From a virus (lineage: Duplodnaviria > Caudoviricetes), in IMG/VR virus record IMGVR_UViG_3300048861_000093, positions 1-31,424 of that record: 31,424 nt of DNA. One strand, written 5' to 3'. The notes beneath the pieces are model-generated. The model was given only the letters and a program-made list of their open reading frames with translations, ran no database searches and was not told where the DNA came from. The translations under genes were made by a program, and so were the position numbers. Positions 25,729 to 31,424 of the stretch are shown in pieces; within the stretch, counting starts at the first letter, position 1; every line of letters starts with the position of its first letter.

Positions 25729-27156
25729 ATGACCATTCCGATCGTCCTGACAGCAGCCGGCCGCCAGCCGCAGTCACCGGCGACGTTGAACGCACAGATC
25801 ATCGCTCAGGCAACTGCGCTTTCTCCCGGCCTCACAGCGAATCTGCCTGGCTCCCTCATCGAGGACATCAGTAGCACCGATACAGCCGCGGCACTCGTGT
25901 GCGATTCGGCGGTAACCGAGCTGATTAACTCAGTGACGCCGTATGGGGCGAACCTGTTCATCCTGAATCAGCTCGCCAATGTCTATCTCGGTCAACTGAA
26001 CGGTTTTCAGGGTGCAGCGACTACTACCAGCGTCTACGTAGTCTTCACTGGGCCCGCAGGCTTCGTTATTCCGGTCGGCTTCACGGTATCCGACGGAACC
26101 TATCAGTACACGGTTCAGGATGGCGGGATCATCGGGGCGAGTGGACAGTCGGCGCAGCTTTTCTGTCTCGCTGCGCTGTCTGGATCATGGGCGGTTCCGG
26201 TGGGAACGGTGACGCAACTGATTACCTCAGTGCCGAGCGGAATCACGCTTACCGTGACCAACCCGGCAGCAGGCGTTCCTGGTGCGGGGGCGGAATCTGA
26301 AGAAGCCTACCGGGCCCGTGTACTTCAGGCTGGCATTGTTTCCGCACAAGGGACGCCGACGTATCTGAAGGCGCTTCTCGGTCAGGTGTCTGGCGTCCAG
26401 CCGAATCTCATTTCCATCCAGCAACAGACGGCGGGCGGATGGGAGGTGGTGTGCGGCGGCGGTGACCCCTACCAGATCGGATATGCGATCTACAGCGGAC
26501 TCTTCGATATTTCCCTGCTCGTTGGTTCGCAACTGGCCGTCATCGGTATATCCAATGCGAATCCGGGCGTCGCGACGACCAACCTGCCGCACGGACTGAC
26601 GACGGGAAGCGTCATCACGCTCACGAATGTCAATGGCATGACGGGGATCAATGGCGTCCCGCTCACGGTGACCGTCCTGACGTCCACAACATTCAGCATT
26701 GGTGTCAACACGACCAGCTCCGGTTCGTACGTCAGCGGCGGCACGATGACGCCCAACCCGCGAAACATCACCGTATCGATTAATGACTATCCCGATACGT
26801 ACAACGTCACCTTTGTGAATCCGGTGCAGCAAACGGTCACAATGACGGTGACGTGGAACTCAACCGCGACCAACGTCGTAGCGCCGGCTGCGATCGCGCA
26901 ACTTGCCCAGCAACCTTTGGCGAACTACGTCAACAGTCTGCCGGTTGGTGTTCCGATGAACCAGTTTGAATTGCAGACCGTGTTCCAGGCAGCAATTGCC
27001 ACTGCGGTGACTCCGCAACTGCTGACGCGCCTTATTTTCCAGGTGTTCATCAACGGCACGCTCACGTCCCCTACTGCGGGCACGGGGATCATAGCTGGCG
27101 ATCCGGAAGGTTACTTTTACACGACAGCAGCGAGCATCAACGTTGTGAAGGGATGA
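25729..27156 (+). CDS. Baseplate J-like wedge protein with inserted beta domain
   Basis: TANLPGSLIED, G.VIPVG..V, VTNPAA..PG...ESEEAYRAR. Confidence 0.88.
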   Translation: MTIPIVLTAAGRQPQSPATLNAQIIAQATALSPGLTANLPGSLIEDISSTDTAAALVCDSAVTELINSVTPYGANLFILNQLANVYLGQLNGFQGAATTTSVYVVFTGPAGFVIPVGFTVSDGTYQYTVQDGGIIGASGQSAQLFCLAALSGSWAVPVGTVTQLITSVPSGITLTVTNPAAGVPGAGAESEEAYRARVLQAGIVSAQGTPTYLKALLGQVSGVQPNLISIQQQTAGGWEVVCGGGDPYQIGYAIYSGLFDISLLVGSQLAVIGISNANPGVATTNLPHGLTTGSVITLTNVNGMTGINGVPLTVTVLTSTTFSIGVNTTSSGSYVSGGTMTPNPRNITVSINDYPDTYNVTFVNPVQQTVTMTVTWNSTATNVVAPAAIAQLAQQPLANYVNSLPVGVPMNQFELQTVFQAAIATAVTPQLLTRLIFQVFINGTLTSPTAGTGIIAGDPEGYFYTTAASINVVKG

Positions 27157-27157
27157 C

Positions 27158-27865
27158 ATGCTCACCCAGACAATCCCCTCGTATCTGTATACGGAATATA
27201 ACGACGATGAGGATCTCGCCGCTTTCGTAGCCTCGTTTAACCAGCTCTCCCAGCAGTACGTCGATTTGTTCAATCAGATCGGGTTGCCGGTTTATACGGG
27301 CTCGCCAATTTCCGGGGCCTTGCTTGATTGGGTCGCTGAAGGAATTTACGGAATGACGCGGCCATCTCTTCCGGGAGCTGGCACGAACCGCGTTTCGGGT
27401 CCATTTAATACCTACACCCTGAATCACATCGCGTTCAACAAGCGCACCGTGGTCGCGCCATCGAACTATTACGCGACGACCGACGATATTTTCAAACGGA
27501 TCATCACCTGGAACTTCTACAAGGGTGATGGGCAGGTCTTCAACATTCGGTGGCTTAAGCGGCGGGTAATGCGGTTTCTGCTCGGCACGAACGGGACCGA
27601 CCCGGGCGTCACCCAGACGTATCAGGTAAGCGTCACGTTCGGCGCCAATTACACCGTCAACATCAACATCAAGAGTCACGCAGCAACGCTGCTATCTGGA
27701 GCGCTGTTCAACAAGAACCGTTTTGCACGAATGGCATTCAACGGCTTCAAGGTTCAGGTCAATCAACTCACGCCTTTGCCAAACGCAAGCGTGTTGGCCG
27801 CTGCGATACAGGCTGGCGTACTGAACCTGCCATTCCAGTTCACCTATGTCGTGAACGTCATCTAG
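27158..27865 (+). CDS. Baseplate wedge protein (P2 I/DUF2612-like)
   Basis: GALLDWVAEGIYGMTR, TDDIFKR; follows J. Confidence 0.75.
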   Translation: MLTQTIPSYLYTEYNDDEDLAAFVASFNQLSQQYVDLFNQIGLPVYTGSPISGALLDWVAEGIYGMTRPSLPGAGTNRVSGPFNTYTLNHIAFNKRTVVAPSNYYATTDDIFKRIITWNFYKGDGQVFNIRWLKRRVMRFLLGTNGTDPGVTQTYQVSVTFGANYTVNINIKSHAATLLSGALFNKNRFARMAFNGFKVQVNQLTPLPNASVLAAAIQAGVLNLPFQFTYVVNVI

Positions 27866-27885
27866 CAGATCGACCGCACTACAGC

Positions 27886-27909
27886 AGGCCACCTCCGGGC
27901 GGCCTTTTT
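27886..27909 (+). terminator. Intrinsic terminator
   Basis: AGGCCACC-TCCG-GGCGGCCT-TTTT. Confidence 0.65.
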
Positions 27910-27947
27910 CATTTCCGCTCGTCCTGAGCGAACAGACAAAGTCAAAC

Positions 27948-29366
27948 ATGGCCGCAACCACGCTTCTTTTTGCCGACAATGCGTCGACGGTGCTCGCCTC
28001 GTCCATCAGCGCGACGGCTACGACCTGCACGCTGCAGTCCGGTACGGGCGCACTATTTCCGACGCCCAGCGCCAATCAGGCATTTGCCATGTCGTTCGTA
28101 GATGCGGCGACTGGTCTCGTGACCGAAATCGTCAAGGTCACGGGCATGAGTGGCGACACCGTCACGTCGATGGTTCGCGGTCAGGAGGGCACGACTGCCC
28201 GCGCATGGCTGGCGGGCGACCTCGCATCTAACTTCTGGACGGCCGGCATCCTTGGCGCTGGAGCAATGGCCCAGATCGGCCCGATGCAGCAAGGTACATA
28301 TGGGTATGCCGTCGACAGCGGAAGCGCGAATGCAGTCGTCCTGACATTGGCGCCCGCTATCACGTCGTACGCGGATGGCCTGCCGATCAATTTCAAGGCG
28401 GCAGCGACCAATACCGGCGCGTCAACGATCAACGTCAATGGAGTTGGCGCGGTTGCTTTGCAAGGAGCCGCTGGCGCGCTTCAGGGCGGAGAACTGGTTC
28501 TGGGCAAAACGTATGAGGCCAACTACAACTCCACGAGCAACACTTTCGTTCTGGTCGGACAAGGTGGCGGCGCTGAACAGGTCTCCCCCGCCACCGCATC
28601 CCAGCACGCCGTCCAGTTCGGGCAGGTTTCGGGTGTTGCGGGGCAAGTTCGGAATCTGGCGATGTCAGTTGCTACGGCGAGCGCTACAGCGACGCTGACG
28701 GCTGATGAAATCGTTGTCGAGACGGCGCTAGGCGGCCTGCGGTATTGTCTCGCATCGTTCAGCAAGACCATCAACCTCGCCACAGCCGGCGCAGGTGGCA
28801 TGGATACCGGTACCGCGCCGACGTCGGGATTCGTCGCCCTGTACGCGATCTACAATCCGACGTCTGGCACCGCGGCATTGCTGGCGACGAATGCGGCTAC
28901 GAAGCAGCCTGAGGTGTATGGCGGCGCCAATATGCCGAGTGGTTACACGGCCTCGGCACTTGTTGGCGTATGGCCCACGAATGCTAGCAAACTGTTCCTG
29001 GCCAACACTTATCAATCCGACCGATCCATTAGTTTTCCACTCGTCTCCGTGTCGAGCAGCAGCGGAATCGTAGCAGGATCGCCGATCAGTTTGGCGAGCG
29101 CGGTACCTTTAAACGCGAAAACCTGCGGCGGCATCATTTCCATTACGCTATCCGCTACTGGTGCCGGGGCGTTCTATATGTACAGCAACTCCGGTTTATC
29201 GGGCACGACGGCGCTCGCTGCTAGCTCAAACAACGCCGGAACTGGAGGGGTGTCGAACGGATTTAATGGGCTAGCGATCACGACGGCGCAGCAGGCATAT
29301 ATTGTTGTCAGCGGTACCGCATCAGTGAGCAATTTCAACTCAGCAATTTCCACCTACACGTTCTGA
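27948..29366 (+). CDS. Tail fibre protein
   Basis: EIVKVT..RGQEGTTARAW anchor, FKAAATNTGASTINVNG, GAGGMDTG, MPSGYTASAL modules. Confidence 0.88.
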   Translation: MAATTLLFADNASTVLASSISATATTCTLQSGTGALFPTPSANQAFAMSFVDAATGLVTEIVKVTGMSGDTVTSMVRGQEGTTARAWLAGDLASNFWTAGILGAGAMAQIGPMQQGTYGYAVDSGSANAVVLTLAPAITSYADGLPINFKAAATNTGASTINVNGVGAVALQGAAGALQGGELVLGKTYEANYNSTSNTFVLVGQGGGAEQVSPATASQHAVQFGQVSGVAGQVRNLAMSVATASATATLTADEIVVETALGGLRYCLASFSKTINLATAGAGGMDTGTAPTSGFVALYAIYNPTSGTAALLATNAATKQPEVYGGANMPSGYTASALVGVWPTNASKLFLANTYQSDRSISFPLVSVSSSSGIVAGSPISLASAVPLNAKTCGGIISITLSATGAGAFYMYSNSGLSGTTALAASSNNAGTGGVSNGFNGLAITTAQQAYIVVSGTASVSNFNSAISTYTF

Positions 29367-29368
29367 CC

Positions 29369-29566
29369 ATGGCCACGACGATCTACGTACAACTGGCAAG
29401 CGCAGATGCTGGGGCTGCCATCATCTCCTATTTCGGCAGCCCACAAGACCCCGCATACTGGCCGAATCAGGCCACGACTGATACTCTGGATGCGCGTTGG
29501 TCGTCGTTCTATGACCTTGCGGTTAAGGGCGGCTGGGCAACTGGTCTACCAGTTCCCGGGCAGTGA
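29369..29566 (+). CDS. Small tail-fibre-associated protein
   Basis: IISYFGSPQD...DARW..FY; follows fibre. Confidence 0.7.
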   Translation: MATTIYVQLASADAGAAIISYFGSPQDPAYWPNQATTDTLDARWSSFYDLAVKGGWATGLPVPGQ

Positions 29567-29568
29567 TT

Positions 29569-30669
29569 TCACGCCTGGCCGGTAGGCGCATCTGCCACGC
29601 TCTTTCTATTCAACGTCACAGTAATTTGGTGCAGAACTGATCTAGCAGCCTTCGTGAGCGGCTTTTCGATGATTCGATACGCAATTAGCGCCAGGACGAC
29701 TGCCGTAGTCATGTAGACGACAAGGAGAAAATTCGGAGTCGTCCAGCCCGCCTTCGTTGCCGCTCTCAAGATCAGTCGGTTGATCAGTCCAATCACAATC
29801 ACGTGAATCATGTAGAGCGAGTAGGATGCGTTGCCAATCTCAGTAAGCCATCGAACGGGAGCAATGTCAGGAATACCGTCTTTTGCCTCAATGGCGACAC
29901 AGCCAAGCACGAGTAAGGCTGACGGGGCACCCCATGGGACGAAGGCCTCTTTCCCCCAAGCATGCGGCGGAATGAACCAGTAGCCCGCGTAAGCCATGCC
30001 GACAAGGCCGGCAAACAGAAATGCATAGCGCATCCTGACGACTATGGCGAGTCGATGGATATGAAATATCGCGATACCCGATACGAAGCACCACACGATT
30101 GGATCGGAGTAAAAAGCAAAGGCGATGTTGTCGGGATATGCCATCGAGAGCGAGCCCAGCACCCCGAAAGCGGCCGCGACCCAACCGGCGGATAGCTTGA
30201 ATCGAATCACGATCAGGCCAAATACCACATAGAAAAATGCCTCCATCACGAGCGTCCAGCCTACGCCATTCACCGGAAAATACCCAGCAACCGGTATAAA
30301 CAGGAACGACTTAACAACGGTGACAAGATCCCATTTGTTCGCGTAAAGCAACCAGAAGCACGTCGTTAACCAATAGAGTGGTACGAGACGTGTGACCCTA
30401 TCGAGCATGAAGGCTTTGAATGGACGCCCTTGGTCCTTGTCGGCCAAGAACGCCATGATGAAGCCGCTGACAACGAAAAAAATCTGGACGCCGATACCAC
30501 CGAACGATTTCAGTTGCCATAGGGTCGCTATGGTTGGCTGAGACGCAGCCGCTTGCTGCGGGAATGCCATATATAACTCGTGCATGCATAACACCAGCAG
30601 CGCCGCAAGGGCACGTAGGATCTGTATTGATACGATCGACACACGATTTTTTTCCGGTATTGGTGTCAT
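29569..30669 (-). CDS. Acyltransferase family 3 (O-acyltransferase, OafA/Oac-like membrane domain)
   Basis: IQILRALAALLVLCMH, GVQIFFVVSGF, RLVPLYW, WTLVMEAFFY, GNASYSLYMIH, IEKP; many TM helices. Confidence 0.93.
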   Translation of the reverse strand: MTPIPEKNRVSIVSIQILRALAALLVLCMHELYMAFPQQAAASQPTIATLWQLKSFGGIGVQIFFVVSGFIMAFLADKDQGRPFKAFMLDRVTRLVPLYWLTTCFWLLYANKWDLVTVVKSFLFIPVAGYFPVNGVGWTLVMEAFFYVVFGLIVIRFKLSAGWVAAAFGVLGSLSMAYPDNIAFAFYSDPIVWCFVSGIAIFHIHRLAIVVRMRYAFLFAGLVGMAYAGYWFIPPHAWGKEAFVPWGAPSALLVLGCVAIEAKDGIPDIAPVRWLTEIGNASYSLYMIHVIVIGLINRLILRAATKAGWTTPNFLLVVYMTTAVVLALIAYRIIEKPLTKAARSVLHQITVTLNRKSVADAPTGQA

Positions 30670-30697
30670 GCTCGGAGTCTCGTTTTTTTAAGTTGCG

Positions 30698-30780
30698 AAT
30701 TGTATCCTATTACAATTGCTTATTCGGAGTTGCGTTTTGTCACCAAGTGCCCGATCCTTACATTTATGCGAAATAAATGT
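30698..30780. promoter_or_regulatory. Two palindromic sites upstream of acyltransferase
   Basis: AATTGTA-N6-TACAATT (30698-30717); ACATTTAT-N5-ATAAATGT (30760-30780). Confidence 0.45.
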
Positions 30781-30809
30781 TTTCGGCGTCAGCATACGGA
30801 CACAATGAT

Positions 30810-30947
30810 TTACCACTGATCGTCGAGCCAATCCTCATAACTCTGTTTCTTCCGAGTAGCGGACTCTTTGCTCGTGAACCATCGCCATGCGGTGGAGAGT
30901 GTCATACCCGACGCAGCAATGGCAATGACGATTGCTAAGTCTTTCAT
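30810..30947 (-). CDS. 45-aa membrane-anchored peptide (not in ORF track)
   Basis: MKDLAIVIAIAASGMTLSTAWRWFTSKESATRKKQSYEDWLDDQW*. Confidence 0.5.
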   Translation of the reverse strand: MKDLAIVIAIAASGMTLSTAWRWFTSKESATRKKQSYEDWLDDQW

Positions 30948-31026
30948 GATGATTAGATTCATTACAATCTTCTGCAGGGGGGGGGCGGCGCAGCATGCCT
31001 TCCGGCATACAACTTCGAAGTGAGTG

Positions 31027-31424
31027 TTAGAACGTATAGTTCCCGCTCAGCATGAGCTCTCCCTTGATCCCGGCCGGCACATTCTTTCCTTGCCATGCGC
31101 CGATCGGAGCATAGAGGTAGTTCGCGCGCACCGAAAACGGACCTTTTGCAATGGACGCGCCGAACAACGCTCCGAGCTGAATGCGCGGCGGGTGGGTGAG
31201 CGTTTCTTGTGTGCCCGCAGGCCCGAATATGCCGTCCGACTGGGCTGTAGCGATCGCCGTCCACGTGCTTTTATAGAGCGCCGGGCCAGCTTCGACGCCG
31301 ACCTGCCAGCCAGAGCCAAGATCCCAATACGGCTCAAGCGTCAAAGAGACAGCCTGCATGCCGCCTGTGCTATCGAACTTGCGGAAGTCGCCGCAGTTTC
31401 CGTTGACGCAGCTCTGCGTGATGA
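31027..31424 (-). CDS. Outer-membrane beta-barrel protein, C-terminal part (5' end outside window)
   Basis: Frame open to window edge; alternating beta strands; ends LMLSGNYTF with terminal Phe. Confidence 0.7.
   Translation of the reverse strand, partial: ITQSCVNGNCGDFRKFDSTGGMQAVSLTLEPYWDLGSGWQVGVEAGPALYKSTWTAIATAQSDGIFGPAGTQETLTHPPRIQLGALFGASIAKGPFSVRANYLYAPIGAWQGKNVPAGIKGELMLSGNYTF

Larger units (their letters stand above)
1..31424. mobile_element. Temperate myovirus-type phage/prophage: nin region, Q, packaging, head, contractile tail, morons (both ends outside window)
   Basis: Co-oriented, overlapping phage genes in canonical order terminase-portal-head-neck-sheath-tube-TMP-baseplate-fibre. 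Confidence 0.97.

Noticed and set aside
27948-29566. Diversity-generating retroelement or invertible tail-fibre cassette
   Set aside because: No reverse transcriptase, invertase, template repeat or inverted fibre copy in the window

Overview
A contiguous segment of a temperate, contractile-tailed (myovirus-type) phage or prophage. The GC-rich sequence and terminator style suggest a Betaproteobacterial, probably Burkholderiaceae, host (inference). Left to right on the + strand: end of the nin region (HNH-AP2 endonuclease, NinG, small ORFs), a lambda-Q-like zinc-finger antiterminator, and a late promoter with a structured leader and terminator. An accessory block follows (structured non-coding region, DUF3307, Cys-rich protein, HTH-metallophosphoesterase, 5-repeat protein). 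Then come TerS, TerL, portal, MuF, a NUDIX-protease-scaffold fusion, capsid, neck, sheath, tube, a chaperone with a -1 frameshift, tape measure with a transglycosylase domain, baseplate and tail fibre. Minus-strand morons are a miniature TnpB-derived gene inside the baseplate module, an acyltransferase-3, a small membrane peptide and a partial beta-barrel. Best leads: the RuvC-less mini-TnpB, three candidate structured RNAs (one IsrK-like), the NUDIX head fusion, the repeat protein and a beta-domain inserted in three virion proteins. All calls come from reading motifs by eye; no searches were run.
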